Shown here one piece after another: positions 28,979-36,830 of a stretch of 41,855 bases of DNA. Each line of letters opens with the position of its first letter. Position 1 is the stretch's first letter. Source of the stretch: an uncultured bacterium (GTDB lineage: Bacteria > Cloacimonadota > Cloacimonadia > Cloacimonadales > TCS61); contig CAXCCM010000002.1 of the NCBI GenBank assembly GCA_963981005.1, positions 1 through 41,855 on the forward strand, written 5' to 3'. The notes beneath the pieces are model-generated. The model made no database searches, was not told the DNA's origin, and saw only the letters and a program-made list of their open reading frames with translations. The position numbers and the translations under genes are program-made.

Positions 28979-30412
28979 TTATAGATCTCCGATTATTCGA
29001 CGAACCTTATTAATGGAAATTTTCAGATAGGAAGCAGTTTTAGTTTTATTTCCTTCAAACTTAGCTAGGATTTTTTCTACAACTTTCTTTTCAATATCAT
29101 ACAAACTAAGGTCATGTTCGGGAAAACTAATACTCAAACTATCAGAAGAATCAGTTGAATTCATTTTTTTATCCAGCAGAGATTTGATCCGATCTGCATT
29201 CAAAAGATCATCATTAGAAAGAAAGGCAGCTTGTTCCATTGTATTTTGGAGCTGTCGTACATTGCCAGGCCAATCGTAATTTAATAGAACCATAGTAGCT
29301 TCTTTAGTCAGAATTTTGACAGGTTGTTTCCTTAACCTGGCAAACTCTTCTAGGAACATTCTGGCTAAAGGAAGGATGTCTTCTTTACGTTGTTGCAAGG
29401 TAGGAATTGCTATTTTGGCTTTATTGATCCGGTAAAATAGATCCAAACGAAAACGATTTTCTTCTATCCCTTTTTCAAGTTTACAATTTGTTGCACAGAT
29501 CAATCGAAAATTAAGAGGAATTTTCCTAGATCCACCTACCCTGTAAATCTCTCTATCTTGCAGAGCTTTTAACAATTTCGGCTGCATTTCCAGCGGTAGT
29601 TCTCCAATCTCATCCAGAAATAGAGTCCCACCATTCGATAGTTCCATTTTACCCATCTGGCCTTTTCTGCTGGATCCCGTAAAAGCTCCAGCTTCATGGC
29701 CAAATAGTTCACTTTCGAATAAAGTAGGCGTGATTGACGCACAGTTTAAGGAGACAAAAGGTTTACCAAAATCATTATCTCCATAATGTATCATTCTGGC
29801 GATGATCTCTTTCCCAGTTCCAGAATCACCTTGAATTAATACGGGAATTGTAGAATCACCATGAAGTTTTTTAGCCATTTCAGTTACCTGTTTCATCTCT
29901 TCAGAAAAAATTCCAACTTTACCAATTCCTGAAACTTCTGCATAAGCATATTGCAGTTTTTTTAGTTTATCATTGATCAGGGCAGTTTCAGATTGAACCT
30001 TTTCATCGAACTTATTACGTAAAACAGTATTTTCCTTAAGCAGCTTTTGATGATCTTCCACCTTGCTAATAACAGTGACGAGCTCCTCAAGATCAATTGG
30101 TTTGCTCAGGTAATCGTAGGCACCTGCTCTTAATGCACCTAAAATACTTTGCGTATCTGTATGACCGGTTATTAATACAATGTCTGTATCTTTACCATCA
30201 GGATTGTCTTTGATCTTCTTGGTTAATGTAAAACCATCCATACCAGGCATGCGAATATCACTGATAATCATGGGAAACGAAGAATTTGAAAAGATCTTTT
30301 CACCTTCTAAAGCATTGTCGCAAACGGTTACTTCATGATTCAATTGATACTTCAGGAAATCGCTTATCGCTTTAGAAATCAATTTATCATCATCAATAAC
30401 TAATATTCTCAA
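28979..30412 (-). CDS. NtrC-family sigma-54-dependent response regulator (receiver, AAA+ and Fis-type HTH)
   Basis: ISDIRMPGMDG receiver, GDSGTGKE Walker A, ESELFGHEAGAFTGS (GAFTGA loop) and a C-terminal HTH (KTKTASYLKISINKVRR). The start overlaps the kinase stop. Confidence 0.9.
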   Translation of the reverse strand: MRILVIDDDKLISKAISDFLKYQLNHEVTVCDNALEGEKIFSNSSFPMIISDIRMPGMDGFTLTKKIKDNPDGKDTDIVLITGHTDTQSILGALRAGAYDYLSKPIDLEELVTVISKVEDHQKLLKENTVLRNKFDEKVQSETALINDKLKKLQYAYAEVSGIGKVGIFSEEMKQVTEMAKKLHGDSTIPVLIQGDSGTGKEIIARMIHYGDNDFGKPFVSLNCASITPTLFESELFGHEAGAFTGSSRKGQMGKMELSNGGTLFLDEIGELPLEMQPKLLKALQDREIYRVGGSRKIPLNFRLICATNCKLEKGIEENRFRLDLFYRINKAKIAIPTLQQRKEDILPLARMFLEEFARLRKQPVKILTKEATMVLLNYDWPGNVRQLQNTMEQAAFLSNDDLLNADRIKSLLDKKMNSTDSSDSLSISFPEHDLSLYDIEKKVVEKILAKFEGNKTKTASYLKISINKVRRIIGDL

Positions 30413-32103
30413 CTTTCTGCTCCCTCATTTTTTTTAAACGTTATCACAAACTCAGCACCACCGGATTTTTTATTTCCGGCCTTGATGTCAGCATTATATT
30501 TTTCTACATAATTTTTCACGATTGCCAAACCTAACCCCATTCCTTTGTCAGGTGATTTGGTTGAATAAAAAGGGTCGTAAATTTTTTCTCCCACTTCCAA
30601 AGCGAAGCCTGATCCATTATCAGAGATTTTTATTTCAGCATGATCGCCCTTACTCCTGGTACAAATATGTATTCGCTTATCTTTTTGGTTTGAATCATCC
30701 AGAGAATGGATTGCATTTGTGACAATATTCAGAATAATCTGTTCGATATGGATTGATTCGGCACAAATAAGTAGTTTCTGCTTTGCCAATTTAGTCTCAA
30801 TAAACACTCCATGCGAATAAAGCTGTCTTTCGATTAAATTTAGAGCATGTTTCACAGCTTCGTTAATGTCTATCGGTTTAAGCGAATTTGTCTTTGGAAG
30901 CTTCCAGAATGAGCGCATGTGTTTAATTATCTCATCGATTCGATTGCTAGCTTCGACAATATTTTCCAAGCCTTCTGCCAGGTATTCCGGTAAGATCAGA
31001 TCATTTTTTTTGTTCCAATATAAGATGCTTTCAGCACTCATTTTAATAGCACAGACAGGTTGATTGATTTCGTGAGTTATACCGCCTGAGATCACACCGA
31101 TTGAAGCTAATCTTCCGGCTTTTTCCATCATCTGTTTGGAAAGAAGTTCTTTTCTCTCTATTTCATGAGAAGAAGAGACATCTGCCAATCTCTTTGTTAA
31201 TTCTTCTGTGAAAAGAGAGTCTTTAATTTTTGAGTGTTTTTTATAAAATTTCAAGGCAGATTCAAAATCTTTCTGTTTTTCGTAATCCCTTGATAAATAT
31301 AGATATATATTTTTGATAAATTCTTTATATCCCAATTCTTCTGCCATTTGGAGTGTCTTGGAATGTGTTTTTACTGCTTCCTTGAATTGCCCCAAATTGC
31401 AATAAGAAGCTCCCAGATTATTCATAGCTGGTATCAATATCTTTTTATCTTCTAACTCACGAGCAACATCAATAGCTTTAGTAAAATATTGGATAGCCCG
31501 TTCATGCTGATCTAAAGCCATATATGCTTCACCAATATTCACAAGTATGATAGCTTCACTTCTTTTTAGATTGTGTTTTGAACAAAAGGAAGATGCTTCT
31601 TCCAGATACTTTAGAGCTTCATCATATCTTTTCATTCTAAGGTATACAATTCCGGTATTGATAATAATTGATTCAGTGTTATAAGTTGCATTATAATCAT
31701 CTTTTTGTGGAACGTATCTCTTTGCTTTCAGGAAATATTCCAGGGCTTTATCCAAATCGTTCATGTTTAAATAAATAAGACCAACATTTCCCAGAGAGAT
31801 GGCAATAGCAGGATTATTATCGATCTTCTTATAGACGTTGAGAGTTTGTAAAAAATAATTCAAAGCTTTATCATAATTATTGGATGAAACATTGATTAAG
31901 CCTAAGGTGTTCAAAGCTGATGCTTCCAAGTTCTGAAGATTATTATTTTGGGCCATGTTCAGAGTGAGTTGAGCAAATTTTTTACTGTTTTTCAAATCGG
32001 ATTGATGCCAATAACTGACAGCAAGTTTGCTGAATAACTCTACTTTTTTCTCAAGATTCTGCTCAGTGTTAGCTTGATGAATCCTTTCCTTCATACTTTT
32101 CAT
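30409..32103 (-). CDS. Cytoplasmic TPR-repeat sensor histidine kinase
   Basis: The N-terminal ~300 aa are TPR-like repeats (..ALNYFLQTL.., ..ALEYFLKA.., ..AIQYFTKAI..) with no hydrophobic helices. It has an H-box GGITHEINQP, a G1 box SDNGSGF and a G2 box GMGLGLAIV. I place the start at MKSMKER, after a TAGGAGCA RBS. Confidence 0.85.
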   Translation of the reverse strand: MKSMKERIHQANTEQNLEKKVELFSKLAVSYWHQSDLKNSKKFAQLTLNMAQNNNLQNLEASALNTLGLINVSSNNYDKALNYFLQTLNVYKKIDNNPAIAISLGNVGLIYLNMNDLDKALEYFLKAKRYVPQKDDYNATYNTESIIINTGIVYLRMKRYDEALKYLEEASSFCSKHNLKRSEAIILVNIGEAYMALDQHERAIQYFTKAIDVARELEDKKILIPAMNNLGASYCNLGQFKEAVKTHSKTLQMAEELGYKEFIKNIYLYLSRDYEKQKDFESALKFYKKHSKIKDSLFTEELTKRLADVSSSHEIERKELLSKQMMEKAGRLASIGVISGGITHEINQPVCAIKMSAESILYWNKKNDLILPEYLAEGLENIVEASNRIDEIIKHMRSFWKLPKTNSLKPIDINEAVKHALNLIERQLYSHGVFIETKLAKQKLLICAESIHIEQIILNIVTNAIHSLDDSNQKDKRIHICTRSKGDHAEIKISDNGSGFALEVGEKIYDPFYSTKSPDKGMGLGLAIVKNYVEKYNADIKAGNKKSGGAEFVITFKKNEGAES

Positions 32104-32264
32104 TTTTGCTCCTACTTTAAGCATTAATAATTAGCTATCATAATAGAAATTATTAATATCTTCTTCCTAATTACCTTATGTGCGTGGCGTTGATTTATTG
32201 CTTACTGCTTAAATCTACTTCGAAAAAATATTCATCTTAATACTATCAATTTCTGCATAATTAT

Positions 32265-32280
32265 TGCATTTTCTATACCA
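32265..32280 (-). promoter_or_regulatory. Sigma-54 (-24/-12) promoter P3, candidate autoregulated promoter of the HK/NtrC operon
   Basis: The minus strand reads TGGTATAGAAAATGCA, very close to P1. It implies a ~150-nt leader, unlike the ~25-nt leaders of P1, P2 and P4, so confidence is lower. Confidence 0.5.
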
Positions 32281-32345
32281 ATTTTTTTATCGTCCTATTT
32301 TACAGTATGTTAGATCATTACATATTATTGTTATCCCTTCATAAT

Positions 32346-32382
32346 TGTACAAATACGATCAGATTATGTTCGTATTTGAACA
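32346..32382. promoter_or_regulatory. Paired candidate enhancer (UAS) sites in the divergent HK / permease region
   Basis: TGTACaaatacGATCA (32346-32361) and the perfect palindrome TGTTCgtatttGAACA (32367-32382). The starts are 21 bp apart. The pair lies 66-102 bp upstream of P3 and about 204 bp upstream of P4. Confidence 0.5.
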
Positions 32383-32585
32383 TATTTTATCACTTCAAAG
32401 ACAAGGAATGTATTTATAGATAAACTAAAAGATCCAACGGAAATCTGAGCCATAATTTAGCATTTAAGTTAGGTCGATTTTATGCTGTGCAAAATGTCCG
32501 TAAATGAACGCATATTGTACTCCTGCGTACATATTTATTAGGAGATACTAATGCTATCTCTTTATAACAATTTATTTTATGCGTT

Positions 32586-32601
32586 TGGCATACTAATTGC
32601 A
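32586..32601 (+). promoter_or_regulatory. Sigma-54 (-24/-12) promoter P4 for the FtsX-family permease
   Basis: TGGCATACTAATTGCA is a near-perfect match to the consensus. It ends 34 nt upstream of the ATG at 32635. Confidence 0.75.
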
Positions 32602-32634
32602 ACATTTTAAAAAAAATATGTGGGAGAAAGAAAC

Positions 32635-35043
32635 ATGTTCAAGAACTATATCAAAATCGCTTACCGCAACATCCTTAAACAAAAAACATATTCAGCTATT
32701 AACATTTTTGGATTAGCTCTGGGCCTAACAGCCTGTATTTTGGTCGGACTATATATTTATCAAGATTTCAACTATGATAATTATCATGCAAATGGTGAAA
32801 ATATATATCGTGTAAGTATAGAAATGGTTACTCCAGATGATACTTTCAATTTTGCACAAACACCTGCTCCGGTAGCGCCAAGTTTAAAGCAAAATTATCC
32901 TGAGATCAATAAAATTTCCCGGATCTTTTTTGCCAAAAACGATCTTATCACATACGAAAAGAACAAATTCTATGAGGAAGAAATCGTCTTTGCTGATGAA
33001 GATTTTTTCAAGATCTTCAGCTACAGCACATTACAAGGAAATCCTAATACGTTCTTGCAAAAAGATAACTCTGTTGTGATAACAAAAAAAATAGCTGATA
33101 AATATTTTGGTACAGAAAACCCCGTTGGTAAAATCCTTAATTATAATAGCAGGATCGATCTGGAAGTTGTTGGTGTTGTCGAGAATGTACCAATAAACTC
33201 ACATTTCACTTTTGATATGGTAGTTACATATAATTCTCTTATTCAGCTTCCGCAGGGTAGATACTTAGATCAATGGGGAGCAACTTTTGGTTCTTACACT
33301 TATGTGCTAATGCATCCGGGAACTGATCTTGATAAATTTGTAGATAAAGCTGGTCCCTTCCTTACAGAAAAAATGGAAACAACCGATAGAGTTCATGAAT
33401 CTGTTATTTTGCAACCGATTAAATCTATTCATATGTTTTCTAATCTTGAGGATGAAATAAATCCCAATAGCTCAATTACATATATACTAATTCTAGGGTC
33501 AATTTCGCTTTTCATACTAATATTAGCATGCATCAATTTTGTAAATTTAACAACTGCCAGAGCAGTGAAAAGAGCTAGAGAGATTGGTGTGAGAAAAGTG
33601 TTTGGTGCCTTCAGATTACAATTAGTCAGACAATTCCTGGGTGAATCTATCATAACGACATTGATAGCATTAGCATTTGCATTTGTGTTTGTTGAGCTTT
33701 TCATTCCACTATTTTCTCAGTTAATAGGAACAACACTGGTCTACAGTCTTTTTGATAACCCTTATATCTTACTAATTATATTAGCAGGTTCTCTAATTAT
33801 TGGAATTTTAGCTGGTTTGTATCCAGCTTTTGTACTCACACATTTCCAACCTGCTTTAGTAATGAAAGGTGCAACCAAACAAGGAAAAAGTAGTTCAGCA
33901 TTACTTAGAAAAGGCTTAGTTCTATTTCAGTTTTCCATTTCCATAATTCTCATTATTTTCACAATTCTGATAAATAAACAGATTAATTTCATGCGAAATT
34001 TTGATATGGGATTTGAAAAAGAACAGATTGTTGTTCTTAAAACCCCAGAAAGAATGTCCCGTAATTCTGAAACTATTAAAGAAGAAATAAATGCAATTCC
34101 CGGAGTTATCGAGTCATCAACTAGTTTGGGTATTCCGTTGCAGAATAGCGGTTTTGGAACAAATCTAAGCCCATATGCTGATTCTGATGAGGATGAATTT
34201 TCTATATCTGTGAAGATGATCGACTCCGAATACATAGATTTTTACCAGATTCCACTATTGGTAGGCAGAAAACTTACTGAGACTGATGAAGCAAATTATG
34301 CAAATGTGACTGTTGTGAATGAAGCAACTGTAAAAAAGCTTGGATTTGCAAATAATGAAGATGCCCTAGGGCACAACTACACAATTGGTTTGAGTGATGG
34401 AGTAAAAAGATTTTCACCCGAGATAGTGGGTGTGATAGAAGATTTTCATTTCAATTCTCTACACGAAGAAGTCTCACCTCTTTTATTTATGTATTGGTAT
34501 TTTCTATTTCAAGAGATCTCTATAAAGATCAGTCCACAAAATGTTCCTGAAACAATGAAAGAGATTAAACTGGTTTGGGAGAAATTTTATCCAGAACATC
34601 CATTTGTATATTCATTTTTAGATGAAGATATAGATAAAATGTATAAAGCAGAAGCAAGATCTTTCCGCGTGATCTCAACCTTCTCATTCTTAGCAATTAT
34701 TATTGCTTGTATGGGTCTCTTGGGACTCACATTCTACACCACCGAACAACGAAGAAAGGAAATTGGAATTCGCAAAATCTTAGGTGCTTCCATACCGGGG
34801 ATTGTAAGGGATATCTCTTTAGAGTTTTTAAAATTAGTTGTTATCGCCAACGTTATAGCTTGGCCGATAAGCTATTTCCTAGTTAAAAAGTGGCTCATGA
34901 ACTTCCCATATAAAATTGATATTGGACTGGACGTATTTTTATTAGCCAGCGGGTTAGCATTATTAATATCTTTTGTAACTATTGGCTATACCGTTATCCG
35001 CAGTGCTTATAGTAATCCTATAGACAGTATTAAGTATGAGTAA
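32635..35043 (+). CDS. ABC-transporter permease of the FtsX/MacB type (two FtsX modules plus a MacB-like periplasmic domain)
   Basis: MFKNYIKIAYRNILKQK is the typical N-terminus. Two FtsX four-helix modules are present, each preceded by RAREIGVRK / RRKEIGIRK. I place the start at the ATG after a GGGAGAAAG RBS. No ATPase gene is adjacent. Confidence 0.85.
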   Translation: MFKNYIKIAYRNILKQKTYSAINIFGLALGLTACILVGLYIYQDFNYDNYHANGENIYRVSIEMVTPDDTFNFAQTPAPVAPSLKQNYPEINKISRIFFAKNDLITYEKNKFYEEEIVFADEDFFKIFSYSTLQGNPNTFLQKDNSVVITKKIADKYFGTENPVGKILNYNSRIDLEVVGVVENVPINSHFTFDMVVTYNSLIQLPQGRYLDQWGATFGSYTYVLMHPGTDLDKFVDKAGPFLTEKMETTDRVHESVILQPIKSIHMFSNLEDEINPNSSITYILILGSISLFILILACINFVNLTTARAVKRAREIGVRKVFGAFRLQLVRQFLGESIITTLIALAFAFVFVELFIPLFSQLIGTTLVYSLFDNPYILLIILAGSLIIGILAGLYPAFVLTHFQPALVMKGATKQGKSSSALLRKGLVLFQFSISIILIIFTILINKQINFMRNFDMGFEKEQIVVLKTPERMSRNSETIKEEINAIPGVIESSTSLGIPLQNSGFGTNLSPYADSDEDEFSISVKMIDSEYIDFYQIPLLVGRKLTETDEANYANVTVVNEATVKKLGFANNEDALGHNYTIGLSDGVKRFSPEIVGVIEDFHFNSLHEEVSPLLFMYWYFLFQEISIKISPQNVPETMKEIKLVWEKFYPEHPFVYSFLDEDIDKMYKAEARSFRVISTFSFLAIIIACMGLLGLTFYTTEQRRKEIGIRKILGASIPGIVRDISLEFLKLVVIANVIAWPISYFLVKKWLMNFPYKIDIGLDVFLLASGLALLISFVTIGYTVIRSAYSNPIDSIKYE

Positions 35044-35055
35044 AAAATCGGCTAT

Positions 35056-35202
35056 GAGTATACACAAAATCCCAAAAGTTATAAACATAGAGATAATAGT
35101 GAGATCACTGAAATGCTAGATATGCTTCTTGAAAATGATCTGAAATTGCTACTTGAATTTCATGATAAACGCAGAACTATCTTTCATTTTGATGATAAAT
35201 AG
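35056..35202 (+). pseudogene. Orphan 3' fragment of the glycosyltransferase gene
   Basis: It encodes ..YTQNPKSYKHRDNSEITEMLDMLLENDLKLLLEFHDKRRTIFHFDDK*, compared with the GT C-terminus ..YTQNLKSYKHRDNSTITEMLDMLLENDLKLLLEFHDKRRTIFHFDEK*. There is no upstream coding continuation. Confidence 0.85.
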
Positions 35203-35271
35203 GAGTAAAATATGAGAAGAAAAGATAGAGAGATCACAGACAAAAAGAAGATGCAGATGATAATTTCTAAA
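35056..35271 (+). repeat. Right copy of the ~216-bp direct repeat (orphan GT 3' fragment plus the start of the intact PNPOx gene)
   Basis: It aligns with 9191-9407. Confidence 0.9.
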
Positions 35272-35676
35272 GCAGAAGTTTGCTATATGGGAATGAGCAG
35301 AGATAATATGCCATACGTAATTCCTATTAATTTTGGTTATGATGATAACACGATCTATTTTCATTGCGCACTTGAGGGGGAGAAGATAGATATTTTACAG
35401 AAAAATCCAAATGTCTGCCTACTATTTAATATTGATAATAAACTTATCAACAACACTCCTCAAGACGATTGGACAATGTACTACAAAAGCGTGATAGTTT
35501 ATGGGAAAGTTGAATTTATTTTAGATATTGCACAAAGACAAAAGGCAATTAATCTTATGTTCAAACATTATGGAGGTAAAGATTATCCGCTTCCTAAACC
35601 AGTATTGGAAAAGACGATGTTCCTAAAAGTAGAAATTGAGAAGATGGCAGGGAAACAAAATATTCCAGAGGATTGA
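35212..35676 (+). CDS. Pyridoxamine 5'-phosphate oxidase family (NimA-like flavin-binding split-barrel) protein
   Basis: MRRKDREITD... and MPYVIPINFGYDDNTIYFHCALEGEKI are typical of the Pyridox_ox_2 family. AGGAG RBS. Confidence 0.75.
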   Translation: MRRKDREITDKKKMQMIISKAEVCYMGMSRDNMPYVIPINFGYDDNTIYFHCALEGEKIDILQKNPNVCLLFNIDNKLINNTPQDDWTMYYKSVIVYGKVEFILDIAQRQKAINLMFKHYGGKDYPLPKPVLEKTMFLKVEIEKMAGKQNIPED

Positions 35677-35806
35677 CCCAATACCTACTACAGATTAACC
35701 TATAATTATAACTACTCAAATTGAAGAAACAAATATCATAAAATTTCTTGCCTAAAAAGAACAAGATAGCAAATTTTGTTCAAAATTAATATTGGAAATC
35801 ACTAAA

Positions 35807-36391
35807 ATGAAAAAAATTGTAACCGTATTATCTATCTTTATTATTCTTATGGGATGCGCAAAAGAGCAGCAACAAGTAGACTACACTGAAGTATCCTTTA
35901 CTGTAAACAGGTCTCTATTATCGAATGAGTATATTAGCAAGGAGGCTGAGATCAGCTTTTCACCTCCAATTAATTGGAAACCGATCAGTCCTCAACTGCT
36001 TAGTTCGATCAAAGAAAATGTAAAAGCCTCTAAAGATACTGCAGATGTTGCTATTCTCCCGCTCAATGTTTTTATGGATATGGAGAGCTCATTCACCTGT
36101 TTTTTATCGATCTTCAATAGCTCTTCTAGGGCAGAACAGACCATTACATACTATTTAAATGAGCTCAGAACGAGTAATGAAAATTATCAAACTAATGAGG
36201 GTTCGTTCTCTCATAATGGCTTCGATTTTCATCAACTAATATTCACAAAAGATGAGCTTATAACCATAAAACTGATCGCAACCAATAGTGAAGATAAAAT
36301 TTTTATGATAGACTACATCCTACCTGCCAAAGCTTATGAAAATGAGTTAAGATCAATTGAATCATCAATTGGAACAATAAAGGAAATTTAG
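35807..36391 (+). CDS. Hypothetical lipoprotein
   Basis: MKKIVTVLSIFIILMGC lipobox. I place the start at the ATG rather than the ORF-track TTG at 35792. Confidence 0.55.
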   Translation: MKKIVTVLSIFIILMGCAKEQQQVDYTEVSFTVNRSLLSNEYISKEAEISFSPPINWKPISPQLLSSIKENVKASKDTADVAILPLNVFMDMESSFTCFLSIFNSSSRAEQTITYYLNELRTSNENYQTNEGSFSHNGFDFHQLIFTKDELITIKLIATNSEDKIFMIDYILPAKAYENELRSIESSIGTIKEI

Positions 36392-36471
36392 AGAAGAGAT
36401 CGTTTTGCAGAGCAAAGCCGACTCATAAAAAGAAAGAGATCGTTTTGCAGAGCAAAGCCGACTCATAAAAA
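36392..36471 (+). repeat. Two tandem copies of a 40-bp intergenic unit
   Basis: AGAGATCGTTTTGCAGAGCAAAGCCGACTCATAAAAA occurs twice with a period of 40 nt. Each unit holds a small hairpin, TTTGC-aga-GCAAA. Confidence 0.85.
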
Positions 36472-36485
36472 AAGAGGAGAAGTTA

Positions 36486-36776
36486 ATGAAAAAACTCGTA
36501 TTATTAATCACATTACTTGCAGTTATCGCAATGGTTGGATGTTCAGCTAATATCCATCAGGTTGGTAAAGGCGCTCAAGGCAATCAGGTTGTAGAAGCTC
36601 GTCAGTGGTATATTTTGTTTGGACTTGCACCACTTAACGAAGTAGATACTAACGCAATGGCTGGTGAAGCTGTTGATTATGAGATTAAAACTGAACAAAG
36701 TGCTATGGATATTATTCTTAATATCTTCACAAGCTATGTTACAGTTTATTCAAGAACAGTGACGGTTACAAAATAA
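36486..36776 (+). CDS. Small lipoprotein, Bor-family-like
   Basis: Lipobox MVGC and a GAGGAGA RBS. The overall pattern (W/Y-x-LFGL-x-PLN..VD ... TEQS..D..LN..T) resembles Bor/Iss-type lipoproteins. Confidence 0.5.
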   Translation: MKKLVLLITLLAVIAMVGCSANIHQVGKGAQGNQVVEARQWYILFGLAPLNEVDTNAMAGEAVDYEIKTEQSAMDIILNIFTSYVTVYSRTVTVTK

Positions 36777-36797
36777 TTGTTGATGCAGTTATTATTT

Positions 36798-36830
36798 AGA
36801 CTCTTCTTTTATTAGGAGAGTCTTTTTTTT
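36798..36830 (+). terminator. Rho-independent terminator
   Basis: AGACTCTTC-ttttatta-GGAGAGTCT stem followed by a T8 run. Confidence 0.75.

Noticed and set aside
32506-32530. An inverted repeat, GAACGCA-N11-TGCGTAC, 56-80 bp upstream of P4.
   Set aside because: The dyad is imperfect and does not match the TGTTC-N6-GAACA arms or spacing seen at the other sites. The evidence is too weak to call a binding site, although it could be an IHF or secondary site.
32551-32610. A 19-codon mini-ORF (MLSLYNNLFYAFGILIATF) with an AGGAGA RBS, a possible leader peptide for the permease.
   Set aside because: It overlaps the P4 -24/-12 element, so it would lie upstream of the predicted transcription start. 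It is most likely fortuitous.
9408-35055. A classical integrative element (prophage, ICE or transposon) as the explanation for the bracketed segment.
   Set aside because: No integrase, recombinase, transposase, conjugation or phage genes were recognised. No terminal inverted repeats or tRNA target were recognised either. Only the long direct repeats support mobility.
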